From NCBI GenBank assembly GCA_903869345.1, contig CAIPYM010000071.1, forward strand, positions 14,891 through 78,890: a stretch of 64,000 nucleotides of DNA, in the 5' to 3' direction. This stretch comes from an uncultured Pseudomonadota bacterium. Its GTDB lineage: Bacteria > Pseudomonadota > Alphaproteobacteria > UBA9219. Position numbers and translations under genes: made by a program. Shown here one piece after another: positions 10,349 to 21,057 of this stretch (its first letter is position 1; every line of letters starts with the position of its first letter). The notes below the pieces were generated by a model. It was not told where the DNA came from and made no database searches. It worked only from the letters and a program-made list of their open reading frames with translations.

Positions 10349-11911
10349 TTACAGCGGGATCACCTTGGGCCGTTTGACGCGCAGCCAAACGACGGTGATC
10401 AGGCGCGTGACCATGAGGGACGAGAAAAGCGCCGTGAGAATCCCGAGGCCAAGCGTGACGGCAAATCCGCGCACGGGACCCGAGCCGAACATGAACAGAA
10501 AGACAGCGGCGATCAAGGTCGTGATGTTGGCGTCCATGATGGCGGAAAGCGCGCGGTTGTAGCCTGCGTCAATCGCGGCAATCGGCGAACGGCCCAGGCT
10601 TTGCTCTTCCCGAATGCGTTCAAACACCAAGACGTTCGCGTCGAACGACATGCCGATGGTGAGGACGATTCCCGCAATGCCGGGGAGCGTGAGCGTCGCT
10701 TGCAGAAACGACAACGCGCCGAACAAAAGCACGATGTTGATGATCAGCGCGAGGGCCGCAAACACGCCGAAAAGACCGTAGTACACCACGAAAAACGTCC
10801 CCGCGAGGGCCAGGCCGATGACGCTGGAGACGGCCCCTGACCGAATCGAGTCCGCGCCGAGTCCGGGGCCCACGGTTCGCTCTTCCAGCACTTTGATGGG
10901 GGCGGGCAGGGCGCCCGCGCGGAGGAGCAGGGCGAGGTCGCTGGCCGATTGCGTGGTGAAGTGGCCCGAGATGACTCCGCTTCCCCCCAAGATGGGCTCC
11001 CGGATCACGGGGGCGCTGATGACTTTGTTGTCGAGGACAATCGCAAAAGGCCGCCCGACGTTGGCGCGGGTGGCCTCGGCAAACCGCTTGCCGCCGAGGG
11101 AATCAAAGCGAAAGCTGACAACGGCCTCGCTTTCTTGGAACGAGGGCTGCGAGTCGACCAACGTGTCACCCGACACCATGACGCGCTTTTGCACGATCCA
11201 GAACAGGCCGTCTTGTTCGGCAGAGGGCAGGCGCTCGGTTCCCGGTGGGGTCGGCGCGTGGGAGTCCTGGCTGCGGTCTTCCACCAAACGGAAGGTCAGC
11301 TTGGCCGTCTGGCCCAGAAGCTTCTTGATGTGCCCAGGGTCTTCCACACCGGGAAGCTGAACGAGGATTCGGTTGGTTCCCTGGCCCTGAATGGAGGGCT
11401 CGCGCGTGCCCGTTTCGTCAATGCGTCGGCGGACAATTTCGATGGATTGGCCCAGCGCGGCGCGTTCGCGGGCGAGGCGTTCGGATTCCGGGATGCTGAG
11501 GACAACCCACCCGTCCGTGGTTTGGACATCCAGCGTGGAATCAATCTTGCGAATCAGGTCACGCGCGGCCCCGGCTTGATCGGGGTTGGCGGGCTTGAAC
11601 TGCACGGTTTGATCGTGTCGCCCCAGTTCGGTGTACCCGATCCGCGCTCCGCGCAATTCGGTGCGGACCTGATCCACCAGCGATTGAAGACGCTCCTCGA
11701 TGACGGCCTGGGTTTCCACTTCCAAAAGCAGGTACGAACCGCCCCGCAGATCAAGCCCCAGATTCACGCTTTGGGAGGGGATGAACGCGGGCGCGTGGCG
11801 TTGCAGGGCCGCGCGGGTCTCGGGTCCCAACAGGTTGGGCGCGGCGGTCAAAAGGCCCCACGCGCACACACCGAGGATGAGAATGACTTTCCAGCGGTCG
11901 AGGTACACCAT
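10349..11911 (-). CDS. secD: Protein translocase subunit SecD
   Basis: NLGLDLRGGSYLLLEV, IVRRRIDETGTREP, LRAGALPAP, ERTVGPGLG, DANVLVFERIREE. Confidence 0.96.
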   Translation of the reverse strand: MVYLDRWKVILILGVCAWGLLTAAPNLLGPETRAALQRHAPAFIPSQSVNLGLDLRGGSYLLLEVETQAVIEERLQSLVDQVRTELRGARIGYTELGRHDQTVQFKPANPDQAGAARDLIRKIDSTLDVQTTDGWVVLSIPESERLARERAALGQSIEIVRRRIDETGTREPSIQGQGTNRILVQLPGVEDPGHIKKLLGQTAKLTFRLVEDRSQDSHAPTPPGTERLPSAEQDGLFWIVQKRVMVSGDTLVDSQPSFQESEAVVSFRFDSLGGKRFAEATRANVGRPFAIVLDNKVISAPVIREPILGGSGVISGHFTTQSASDLALLLRAGALPAPIKVLEERTVGPGLGADSIRSGAVSSVIGLALAGTFFVVYYGLFGVFAALALIINIVLLFGALSFLQATLTLPGIAGIVLTIGMSFDANVLVFERIREEQSLGRSPIAAIDAGYNRALSAIMDANITTLIAAVFLFMFGSGPVRGFAVTLGLGILTALFSSLMVTRLITVVWLRVKRPKVIPL

Positions 11912-11969
11912 GGCGCGGGAATCTCACGAGGTTAGGAACGATCGGCGTGGCTAACAGGCCCTTGGAGAG

Positions 11970-12464
11970 TTAGTCCTTGGGTTTGTCGTGCGCTTTGGCA
12001 TGGGGTTTGTCCGTGGCTTTGTCTTTGTCGTGGGGTTTATCGTTCTTGTTGGCAAGCACGCCCTTGGACACGTTGCCGGGGTCGGCCAAGCTGACGACCG
12101 TGGAGCGCACGACTTTGATGTCCACGTTAGGGGCGATTTCAACAATCAGGTACTTGTCGCCCTCGGTCCGGACGATGGAGCCGACAATGCCCCCGGCGGT
12201 GATGACTTTATCGCCTTTCTTCAGGGACCCCAGCATGCCCTCTTGTTCCTTCAGCTTCTTTTGTTGGGGACGAATGAGGAGGAGGTAAAAGACAACCAGA
12301 ATCAAAACCAACGGCAAGAACTTCATCACGAGCGAGCCCTCGACGGGCTCGCTGGGCGGCACGGGTGTCGAGGCGACGGCGGTCGCTGCGGCCGTCACGG
12401 GCGTAACGGGGTCGGCGGCCAGAGCGGAGGAGATGAACGAAAGGGCATCGGGCAGGAACGACAT
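11970..12464 (-). CDS. yajC: Preprotein translocase subunit YajC
   Basis: FYLLLIRPQQKK, LKKGDKVITAGGIVG; GGAGG RBS before ATG at 12464. Confidence 0.9.
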   Translation of the reverse strand: MSFLPDALSFISSALAADPVTPVTAAATAVASTPVPPSEPVEGSLVMKFLPLVLILVVFYLLLIRPQQKKLKEQEGMLGSLKKGDKVITAGGIVGSIVRTEGDKYLIVEIAPNVDIKVVRSTVVSLADPGNVSKGVLANKNDKPHDKDKATDKPHAKAHDKPKD

Positions 12465-12642
12465 GGGACCTCCTTGGAAGCGCGGGACGCGTGGAACCTT
12501 AAAAGAACGACTGAAGGAACGGCAACCCCGGATGTTTGTCAATCCCACACGCAGCCCCACATGCGGCCCCCACGCGTGGCGGCCAGGGCCGGGACTCAGA
12601 ACCCGGTGGCATGAGCCGGGAAAATGCGGTAAGGGTCGGTCC

Positions 12643-14031
12643 ATGTTGACTTTCGCATCTCCCCTTCGAATCCTTGCGCGTGTTCTCCTCATGGCCCTCG
12701 CGGTCGGCGGTGGCGGGTCGGTGGCCCGTGCAGAGGTTGAGACGTTGCAGCAGGCCCTCGTGCAGGCCTACCAGACGAATCCGGGACTTCAGGCCCAACG
12801 CGCGGCGCTGCGGGCCGTGGACGAGGGCGTGGCCGAGGCCCTGAGCGGGTGGCGCCCCAGTGTGAACGCCAACGCCTCGGCCGGGACCCGCTCGCTTGAT
12901 CTTCGTGGGCAGGGCACGCGCAATCTCACGCCGCGCAGCGTGGGCGTTCAGGTGACGCAACCCGTTTTTCGCGGTTTTCGCACCGTCGCGGGCGTGCGGG
13001 CCGCCGAAGCGCAGGTGAAGGCGCAGCGGGCCTTGTTGCAGGCCGCTGAGCAGCAGCTTTTTCTGAATGTCGGCACGGCTTACTTGGATGTTTTGCACAA
13101 CCAAGCCGTGTTGGATTTGCAGCAGCACAACGAAACCGTTTTGCGCGAGCAGCTCGCCGCCACGCGGGATCGATTTCAAGTCGGCGAGGTGACCAAGACG
13201 GACGTGAGCCAGGCTGAGGCGCGTTTGGAACGTGCAACGGCGGCCCGTATTCAGGCCGAGGGCACCCTTGCGAACGTGCGGGCCACGTACGCAAGTCTTG
13301 TGGGGACGTTGCCGGGAACGCTGGAGACGCCGACCTTGGCGATTCCGGAAGGTCTTGCCACGGTCGACAGGGTTGCGACGCTCGCTGAGACGGACGCGCC
13401 CGATGTACGGGCGGCGGCGTTCACGGAAACGGCGGGACGTGAGACCGTGACCGTGACCGAAGGCAATCTTTTGCCCGAGGTCAATCTGGTGGGGGCGGTG
13501 TCGCGCGGGTGGGATCAAAGCTCGGCGGCTCCTCAACGCCAAGATGTGGTGAGCGCGGAGGCCCAGCTGACGGTTCCGCTCTACCGTTCGGGGGCGGATT
13601 ACGCCCGCACGCGGGCGGCTAAGCAGACGGCCAGCCAATTCCGGTTGGAGCTGGCCGATGTGCGTCGGCGCGCCCGTGCGACGGGAATCGCGGCGTGGCA
13701 GGCTTTGATGACGGCTCGTGCGGCGAGGACGTCCGATGAAGCCGCCGTGAAAGCGGCTGAACTCGCCCTTGAGGGGGTGCGGGAGGAATCCAAGGCGGGC
13801 ACGCGCACGACGCTGGATGTCTTGAACGCTGAACAAGAGGCGTTGGACGCTCGGGTGGCCCTTGTCCAAGCGCGGCACGATGAGCAGGTTGGTCTTCTGC
13901 TGGTGCGATCCGCCGTGGGGATCCTGACCGCCGAGGCGTTGGCTTTGCCCGTGACGCGCTACGATCCGCAGGCCCACCACGATGCCGTGCGCGATGCGTG
14001 GGTTGGCCTTGGAAACGGCGACGACCAATAG
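12643..14031 (+). CDS. TolC-family outer membrane channel
   Basis: ETLQQALVQAYQTNP, QPVFRGF, RFQVGEVTKTDVSQAEAR, GTRTTLDVLNAEQE. Confidence 0.88.
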   Translation: MLTFASPLRILARVLLMALAVGGGGSVARAEVETLQQALVQAYQTNPGLQAQRAALRAVDEGVAEALSGWRPSVNANASAGTRSLDLRGQGTRNLTPRSVGVQVTQPVFRGFRTVAGVRAAEAQVKAQRALLQAAEQQLFLNVGTAYLDVLHNQAVLDLQQHNETVLREQLAATRDRFQVGEVTKTDVSQAEARLERATAARIQAEGTLANVRATYASLVGTLPGTLETPTLAIPEGLATVDRVATLAETDAPDVRAAAFTETAGRETVTVTEGNLLPEVNLVGAVSRGWDQSSAAPQRQDVVSAEAQLTVPLYRSGADYARTRAAKQTASQFRLELADVRRRARATGIAAWQALMTARAARTSDEAAVKAAELALEGVREESKAGTRTTLDVLNAEQEALDARVALVQARHDEQVGLLLVRSAVGILTAEALALPVTRYDPQAHHDAVRDAWVGLGNGDDQ

Positions 14032-14080
14032 CGTGGGTCCAGCCGATCGTGAACGCCGGAATCAAACGGCCCCCGTGCGT

Positions 14081-15163
14081 TCAGGCGACGGGTAACCACA
14101 GGACGTCTTCGATGTGCACGGCACCGACCAGCAGCATCACGAGGCGATCGAATCCCAGCGCGATTCCCGCCGAGGGGGGAAGCCCGGCCTCGAGCGCGGC
14201 CAGAAAGTCCTCGTCCATCGGTAGTGATTCACCGTAGAGGCGTTGGCGCAGGGCACTGTCGGCCTTGAACCGGCGGCGCTGCTCGGCGGCGTCCCCCAGT
14301 TCGCCAAAAGCGTTCGCGATCTCTACGCCAGCAATGTAAAGCTCAAACCGCTCGGCTAGACGCGTATCGTTCGGTTTGGGGCGGGCCAGTGCAGCCAGGC
14401 TGATCGGGTAGTCGGTCAGAAACGTGGGGTGATCCAGGCCGAGAAACGGCTCGATTTTCGCGCCCATCACGCGAAAAAAGAGGTCCTCCCACCGATCATC
14501 CGGGGCCACGCGAAGCCCGAGGGCCTGAACGCGGGGCGCAAGGAGCTCGGCGGACGGGGCCAAGGGATCCGGGGCCGTCGCCAAAAGGTCAATACGTGCG
14601 TAGCGCGTGAAAGCGTCCGCGACGGACAGGGTCTCCCACGGGCCGAAAATCTCACACGTCGCATCCCGAAACACCACGGGCTTGGGTGCGGTTTCTGGTC
14701 CTTCCACGGCGTGTGCGGCCGTGAGGACAAGGGCGCGGCAATCGCGCTGCAGGTCCTCCAGCGTGCCTCCGGCGCGGTACCACTCCAGCATCGTAAACTC
14801 GGGGTGGTGGAGGGGGGACCGCTCACCGTTGCGAAAGGCGTGGGCGAGTTGGAAAATCTGGGTCTCTCCCGCCACGAGGAGTTTTTTCATCGCGAATTCG
14901 GGGCTTGTTGCAAGATGGAGCGTCCGGGGAGGGCCGCCGTGCGGATCGCGGAGGTCGGTCCGAAAGGGGTGCACATGCACCTCTCCACCCGAGGCAACCT
15001 GCAACGCCGGGGTGTCCACTTCCGTGAATCCTTCGGAATCGAACCACCGACGCGTGGCTTGGGTGATGCGCTGCCGCGCCCGCAGATTCGCTCGCCGCCG
15101 TGCGTACACATCGGCCCGCCACCGGGGAGGGGAGAAAGGGGGCTGTCGTCCGTCGTCGGTCAT
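14081..15163 (-). CDS. epmA: EF-P lysine aminoacylase EpmA/GenX
   Basis: LATSPEFAMKKLL, FRNGERSPLHHPEFTMLEWYR, ERFELYIAGVEIANAF, GIALGFDRL. Confidence 0.92.
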   Translation of the reverse strand: MTDDGRQPPFSPPRWRADVYARRRANLRARQRITQATRRWFDSEGFTEVDTPALQVASGGEVHVHPFRTDLRDPHGGPPRTLHLATSPEFAMKKLLVAGETQIFQLAHAFRNGERSPLHHPEFTMLEWYRAGGTLEDLQRDCRALVLTAAHAVEGPETAPKPVVFRDATCEIFGPWETLSVADAFTRYARIDLLATAPDPLAPSAELLAPRVQALGLRVAPDDRWEDLFFRVMGAKIEPFLGLDHPTFLTDYPISLAALARPKPNDTRLAERFELYIAGVEIANAFGELGDAAEQRRRFKADSALRQRLYGESLPMDEDFLAALEAGLPPSAGIALGFDRLVMLLVGAVHIEDVLWLPVA

Positions 15164-15190
15164 GAATCCTCACGGCCCTTCAGCGGAATC

Positions 15191-16396
15191 CTAAGCCGTC
15201 AATGCCTTGGTGTGGCGAGCGATGACGCCTTCCTCGTCCGTGGGGATCACCCAAATTTCCACGGGGCTGTAATGCGTTGAGATCAAAACCTCGCCCTTGC
15301 CCTCCACGTTGGCGTTGGCCTTGGGGTCGAGCGCCATGCCGGTCCACGCGAGGCTTTTGGCGACGCGGGCACGAATGGCCACGGCGTGTTCACCAATGCC
15401 CGCCGTGAACACCAGGGAGTCCAGGCCCCCCAGAAGGCTGATGATGCCGCCTGCCTCGCGGGTCAGACGCCAACAGAACAAGTCAACGGCTTCGGCGGCG
15501 TGGGGGGTGTCACTGGCGAGCAAAACGCCCATGTCCGAGCTCAGCCCCGAGACGCCCAAAAGCCCCGACTTCTTCCACAAAATCGTTTCCACCTCGGGCC
15601 GGGAGAGGCCCGCTTCGTGCAGCATGTAGAAAATCACCTCGGGGTCGAGCGCGCCCGTCCGCGTGCCCATCACCAGGCCATCGAGCGCCGAAAACCCCAT
15701 GGAGGTTTCAAAACTCGTGCCGCCCTTAAGTCCGCAGAGACTCGACCCGTTGCCAAGGTGGGCGACGAGCGACCGGCCCTTGAACGCATGCGGCGCGACC
15801 GCGTGCAGACGGCTTGCGATGTACTCGTACGAAAGCCCGTGGAACCCGTAGCGCTGCACGCCCTTGTCGTGCCACTCGCGGGGTAACGCGAAGCGTTTGT
15901 GAAGCGCCGGGACCGTCGTGTGAAACGCCGTGTCGAAACACGCGACCTGTGGCACGTGAGGGTGCAGTTTTTGAAGAATCTCAATGCCCGCGATGTTGTA
16001 GGGCTCATGCAAAGGCGCAAGCGGGATCAGGGCGCGGAGCTCGTCCAGCAAGGCCGGTGTCACGCGGGCGTGCGCGGTGCGCTTTCCGCCGTGGACAACA
16101 CGATGGCCCACGGCTGTGATTTTGCGCGGCGGGATGCAGGCCTCCAGCCAGCCGATCAGGATTTGCGCGGCCTCGGTTACGTTGGGGCACTTGGGCGGCA
16201 TCACCGGAGGGGGCGGCGCACCGTTTTCGAACACGGGGCCCTTGGCGGACAGCACGGCGTTGACGCCGACGCCGCTGACGCCGCCCTTGCCCAGAAGGGT
16301 GCGTCCCTCGCCGTCAAACAGCGCGAACTTGATGCTGGAGGATCCGCAATTCAGAACCAACAGGCACGCGGAATCGTTGGAGGCCGTGGCATGCAT
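15191..16396 (-). CDS. ackA: Acetate/propionate kinase
   Basis: LNCGSSSIKF, GHRVVHGG, APLHEP, FDTAFH, YGFHGLSY, AHLGNGSS, FTAGIGE. Confidence 0.94.
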   Translation of the reverse strand: MHATASNDSACLLVLNCGSSSIKFALFDGEGRTLLGKGGVSGVGVNAVLSAKGPVFENGAPPPPVMPPKCPNVTEAAQILIGWLEACIPPRKITAVGHRVVHGGKRTAHARVTPALLDELRALIPLAPLHEPYNIAGIEILQKLHPHVPQVACFDTAFHTTVPALHKRFALPREWHDKGVQRYGFHGLSYEYIASRLHAVAPHAFKGRSLVAHLGNGSSLCGLKGGTSFETSMGFSALDGLVMGTRTGALDPEVIFYMLHEAGLSRPEVETILWKKSGLLGVSGLSSDMGVLLASDTPHAAEAVDLFCWRLTREAGGIISLLGGLDSLVFTAGIGEHAVAIRARVAKSLAWTGMALDPKANANVEGKGEVLISTHYSPVEIWVIPTDEEGVIARHTKALTA

Positions 16397-16401
16397 GGGA
16401 T

Positions 16402-17820
16402 TTACGCCTTTCCTGCTGCAATTTGCGAAGCGAGACGGCGGGCCGCCCCCGCAGCCGACAACACGGCCAGCGCAGCGGACGCAAGCCGTGCGTGGGCTTT
16501 GTCAGCTCGGCTGGTCAGCATGACGGGCACGCGCGCACCCAGCACGATTCCGGCGGATTCGGCTGCGGCCAGGTAATCCAATTGTTTGACGAGCATGTTG
16601 CCCGATTCGATGTTCGGCACGACCAGGACGTCGGCCTGCCCCGCGACGGGTGAGATAATTCCCTTGACCCGTGCGGCCTCGGCGTTGATGGCGTTATCGA
16701 ACGCCAAGGGGCCATCCAGAAGCCCGCCCGTGATTTGGCCACGTTCGGCCATTTTGCAAAGCGCGGCTGCATCAAGCGTTGCGGGCATGGTGGCGCTGAC
16801 GGTTTCGGCAGCCGCTAGAATCGCCACGCGCGGCAGCTCCATCCCCAGATCGTGCGCGAGGTCAATCGCGTTTTGGCAAATGTCGCGTTTGTCCAAAAGC
16901 CCCGGCAGGATGTTCAGCGCTGCGTCGGTGATGAGGAGCGGCCATTTGTACGTGGGCACGTCCATCGCGAACACGTGGCTCATGCGCCGATCGGTCCGAA
17001 GCCCACCCTCGCGGCTGATGATGGCCCCGAGGATTTCGTCCGAGTGCAGGCTGCCCTTCATGATCGCCCCGACTTTGCCGGTCCGGGCAAGCTCCACGGC
17101 CTTGTCCGCCGCCGCATGGCTATGCGGCACGCTGAGGATGTCAATGCCCGCGAGGGAGGCCCCGCACGCTTCGGCGGTCGCGCGAATCTTGGCCTCGGGC
17201 CCCACAAGAATGGGAACGATAAGCCCCTCGGAAGCGGCATCCAGCGCCCCTTGCAGCGAGTTCTGGTCGCACGGATGAACAACCGCCGTGCAGAGGGGCG
17301 GCAGGTGCTTGGTTTGCTCGATCAACAGCCGGAGGTTGTCGTGCTCCGTGGGCCGAAGCGACGGCATCTCAACCGCCGCTTTGAACTTTTTGGTGGGGGC
17401 GATGACGTGGGCGGTGCCCGCGATGACCTCGCGCCCGTCTTGATTTGTGCCGATGCAGTCCAGGACGACTCGTTTTGTCGAGGCGTCTTTGGTCCGCACC
17501 GTGACGCGCACCGTCAGCGTATCGTCGGGCCGGATCAGGTGGAGAAACTTGAGGTCCTGTTCCAGGTACACGGTGCCGGGTCCCGGCAATTGCGTGCCCA
17601 GCACAGCGGAAATCAACGCGCCGCTGAGAAGATTATGCGCCACAACGCCTTGGAAACGAGGATCGCTTGCAAACGTCTCGTCGAGGTGCGAGGGGTTCAG
17701 GTCGCCCGAGGCCACCGCGAAAAGCTCCACGTCTCGCCGCGTCAACCGCCGCACGAGTTGGGCGCTATCGCCGATTTTGATCTCGTCAAAAACTTTGTTT
17801 TCCAGAATGCTGCTGGTCAT
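16402..17820 (-). CDS. Bifunctional MaoC-like enoyl-CoA hydratase / phosphate acyltransferase
   Basis: N-terminal MaoC (SGDLNPSHLD, LPGPGTVYLEQ) fused to PTA/PTB (MKGSLH, TDAALN, DGPLAFDNA, PNIESGNML, TSRAD). Confidence 0.9.
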   Translation of the reverse strand: MTSSILENKVFDEIKIGDSAQLVRRLTRRDVELFAVASGDLNPSHLDETFASDPRFQGVVAHNLLSGALISAVLGTQLPGPGTVYLEQDLKFLHLIRPDDTLTVRVTVRTKDASTKRVVLDCIGTNQDGREVIAGTAHVIAPTKKFKAAVEMPSLRPTEHDNLRLLIEQTKHLPPLCTAVVHPCDQNSLQGALDAASEGLIVPILVGPEAKIRATAEACGASLAGIDILSVPHSHAAADKAVELARTGKVGAIMKGSLHSDEILGAIISREGGLRTDRRMSHVFAMDVPTYKWPLLITDAALNILPGLLDKRDICQNAIDLAHDLGMELPRVAILAAAETVSATMPATLDAAALCKMAERGQITGGLLDGPLAFDNAINAEAARVKGIISPVAGQADVLVVPNIESGNMLVKQLDYLAAAESAGIVLGARVPVMLTSRADKAHARLASAALAVLSAAGAARRLASQIAAGKA

Positions 17821-17981
17821 GACGCGCACCTCGGGGACGAAGGGGGGGGGAGTGCAGGGAGGGAGACGAAGGAGAGAATCACGAATCACGAAGGGCTTTC
17901 TTGATTACCTGAAAACCCCTACCAAGGGGTTAACGCGACGTCGCGTTGTTCCGAACGGCTCTTGCCGGAAAGGTTTCTGCC

Positions 17982-20777
17982 GTGCCTGCCGCGACCGTTT
18001 CTCTGATTGATGGTTCGGGGTTCATCTACCGAGCCTTTCACGCGCTCCCCGACATGACCCGAGCCGACGGCACACACGTGAATGCCGTTTACGGGTTTTG
18101 CGCGATGCTGAACAAGACGTTGGGGGACCGGGCGACCTCTCACGTGGCCGTCGTGTTTGATGCAGGACGCACGACGTTCCGCACGGCCCTTTATCCTGCG
18201 TACAAAGCGCACCGCCCACCGCCGCCGCCCGAGCTGGTCCCACAGTTCGCCCTGATCCGCGAGGCCACGCGCGCTTACGGCGTTGCGGCGATCGAAGAGC
18301 CGGGGTTTGAGGCCGATGACCTGATCGCGGCGTACGTCCGCAAAGCCCTTGAAGCGGGACTTGAAGCGCGCGTGATCTCGTCCGACAAGGACCTCATGCA
18401 GTTGATCCGTCCGGGCGTGACGATGATGGATCCCCTGAAAGGGACGCTGGTGGGTCCCAACGAGGTGGAGGCCAAGTTTGGAGTCGCGCCCGAGAAGGTT
18501 GTGGACGTTCAAGCCCTTGTGGGCGACAGCGTGGACAACGTCCCCGGCGTTCCCGGCATTGGCGTTAAAACCGCCGCCGAGCTGATCCGTGCTTACGGCG
18601 ACCTGGAGAGCCTTCTGGCCGCCGCGCCAACCCTTAAGCAACCCAAACGCCGTGAGGCGTTGGTGGCGCATGCGGACCAGGCGCGTTTGTCCAAGCGGCT
18701 TGTGACTCTGGATTCGGAGGCGCCGTGCCGCGCTACGCTGGAATCGTTGCACGCGCAGCCCCCCGATCGTGCGGCTCTTGGAGCGTTTCTCGAAGCGCAG
18801 GGGTTTCGTTCGCTGGTGGCGCGGTTGGAGCGCACCGAGGGGTCCCCCCACCCCAACCCTCCCCTTCAAGAGCTTCAAGGGGTGCCTGCCTCCGCAACGG
18901 AGGAAATTCACGAACCCGCGTACGTGTGTGTCCAAAAACTCGACGATCTCCGGCCCTGGATCGACGAGGCCACGGCGCAAGGGTTTATCGCGGTGGACAC
19001 GGAGACAACCTCGCTGACGCCCTCCACAACGCGGCTTGTCGGAATCTCCCTCGCCACAGCCCCTGGGCGGGCGTGCTACATCCCGATTACGCACAAAGAC
19101 CCCGCTGCGCCGGATGATGAGGGCGGGCTGGCTTTGGCTCCCCCCGTCGCGTCGCCGACGCAGATCCCTCTGCCCGAGGTGGTTCAGGCCTTGCGTCCGC
19201 TTTTCGCCAACCCCAGCGTCCTCAAGATCGGGCACAACCTCAAGTTCGATAGCCAGGCGCTGGGGCAGCAGGGGCTCGCGATCACCTCGTTCGACGACAC
19301 GATGCTGATGTCGTACGCGCTGGGCGCGGGGCTGCACGGGCACGGGTTGGACGAGCTGACGCTCCGCTTCTTTCAGCACAAGATGATTGCGTTTTCCGAT
19401 GTGACGACGGGGCCCGGCACGCGCAAGGTCACGTTCGACCGCGTGCCGCTGATCGAAGCGACCGCGTACGCCGCCGAGGATGCTGATTGGACGTTGCGCC
19501 TTTGGCAAACGTTGAAGCCGCGCCTTGTCGCGCAGCATGTGACGCGCGTTTACGAACGACTCGACCGTCCCTTGGTGCCCATCGTGGCCGCGATGGAGCG
19601 TTGGGGCATTCGCATCAACCCCACCGTTCTCACGACGCTGAGCGCGTCGTTTGGGCGGCGTCTCGCGGCCCTGGAGGGCGAAATCCACGCCCTCGTTGGG
19701 CATCCGTTCCTCATCAGTTCGCCCAAACAGCTGGGTGTTGTCCTGTTCGAGGAACAGGGGATTCCGGGCGGCGTGAAGGGCAAGACGGGTGCGTACAGCA
19801 CGGGGCACGAGGTGTTGGAACCTCTGGCCGAAAGCGGCAACGTCCTGGCCACGAAAGTCCTGGAATGGAGGGCGCTCGCCAAACTGATGTCCACGTACAC
19901 CGAAGCGCTCGTGCGGCAAATTGATAGCGCGACGGGACGTGCCCACACGTCGTTTGTCCTGACGGGTGCGGCCACGGGGCGGCTATCGTCGTCGGACCCG
20001 AACGTGCAGAACATCCCCGTGCGCACGGAAGACGGACGCGCGATCCGCAAAGCGTTCATCGCGGACGAGGGGTTTGTTCTTCTGTCGGCGGATTATTCGC
20101 AGATCGAGCTTCGCCTCGCTGCCGAGGTGTCCGGTGCGCCCGCGCTTTTGGGCGCTTTCCGCGAAGGGCACGACATTCACGCGCTCACGGCCTCGCAAGT
20201 GTTCGGCGTGCCGCTGGCGGAGGTTTCCGCCGACCAGCGCCGCGCGGCCAAGGCCGTGAACTTTGGTATCCTCTATGGAATCAGCGGGTTTGGCCTGGCC
20301 AAACAGCTGGGAGGCTCGCCCGCCGAGGCGCAAGCGTTCATTCGGCAGTACCTCGATCGCCTGCCCGAGGTGAAAACCTGGATGGAGGGCATCAAGACGT
20401 TTGCGCGAACCCACGGCTATGTCCTGACGCCGTTCGGACGGCAGATTCACATTCAGGGGTTGCAGGACAAAAACCCCGCGCGGCGAGCGTTTGCCGAACG
20501 CCAAGCGATCAACGCGCCCCTGCAAGGTGCGGCGGCGGATATCATCAAGCGGGCGATGATCCACCTTCCCCCCGCCCTTCAAGCGGCGGGTTTGGGGGCA
20601 CGGATGCTGCTGCAGGTGCACGATGAACTGGTGTTCGAGGTCCCACAGGGCGAAGTTTCCGCAACGGCCGAGCTTATCAAGCGCGTCATGGAAGAGGCCC
20701 CGTTGCCGGTCATCACGCTTCAAGTCCCCCTGGTCGTCACAACGGGCGTCGGCCCCTCCTGGGCCGAGGCCCACTGA
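17982..20777 (+). CDS. polA: DNA polymerase I
   Basis: LIDGSGFIYRAFHA (5'-3' exo), AVDTET (3'-5' exo), GRLSSSDPNVQNIP, SADYSQIELR, AKAVNFGILYG, QVHDEL; GTG start inferred. Confidence 0.97.
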   Translation: MPAATVSLIDGSGFIYRAFHALPDMTRADGTHVNAVYGFCAMLNKTLGDRATSHVAVVFDAGRTTFRTALYPAYKAHRPPPPPELVPQFALIREATRAYGVAAIEEPGFEADDLIAAYVRKALEAGLEARVISSDKDLMQLIRPGVTMMDPLKGTLVGPNEVEAKFGVAPEKVVDVQALVGDSVDNVPGVPGIGVKTAAELIRAYGDLESLLAAAPTLKQPKRREALVAHADQARLSKRLVTLDSEAPCRATLESLHAQPPDRAALGAFLEAQGFRSLVARLERTEGSPHPNPPLQELQGVPASATEEIHEPAYVCVQKLDDLRPWIDEATAQGFIAVDTETTSLTPSTTRLVGISLATAPGRACYIPITHKDPAAPDDEGGLALAPPVASPTQIPLPEVVQALRPLFANPSVLKIGHNLKFDSQALGQQGLAITSFDDTMLMSYALGAGLHGHGLDELTLRFFQHKMIAFSDVTTGPGTRKVTFDRVPLIEATAYAAEDADWTLRLWQTLKPRLVAQHVTRVYERLDRPLVPIVAAMERWGIRINPTVLTTLSASFGRRLAALEGEIHALVGHPFLISSPKQLGVVLFEEQGIPGGVKGKTGAYSTGHEVLEPLAESGNVLATKVLEWRALAKLMSTYTEALVRQIDSATGRAHTSFVLTGAATGRLSSSDPNVQNIPVRTEDGRAIRKAFIADEGFVLLSADYSQIELRLAAEVSGAPALLGAFREGHDIHALTASQVFGVPLAEVSADQRRAAKAVNFGILYGISGFGLAKQLGGSPAEAQAFIRQYLDRLPEVKTWMEGIKTFARTHGYVLTPFGRQIHIQGLQDKNPARRAFAERQAINAPLQGAAADIIKRAMIHLPPALQAAGLGARMLLQVHDELVFEVPQGEVSATAELIKRVMEEAPLPVITLQVPLVVTTGVGPSWAEAH

Positions 20778-21057
20778 CAAAAGACGCAAGTCCCCAAGAT
20801 TAAAAAGGGCCTTTTTCTCATTCCCCGTCCTTTCCGCCGTCCTCCGTGATAACCCCCTCCTCCAACAGAGGGGATGACGACGGAGAGGACAGGACAAAAA
20901 GGAGAACCCCTGCCGTGCCGCCGTATCCCCAGGGATTCTTTCCGATGTTCTTGCGGTTCCCTCAGGAGTTCCCTACTACTTTATTCACGCCCACGTTGGG
21001 CGCGTGCTTTCCTGGGCGAGGGCCCCGTTTGCCCTCAAGACCCCGAGGTTTCCGTTC

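Noticed and set aside
17919-19946. Long antisense ORFs (e.g. 675 aa opposite polA, 509 aa opposite tolC, 350 aa opposite pta)
   Set aside because: Shadow ORFs typical of high-GC DNA opposite well-supported genes
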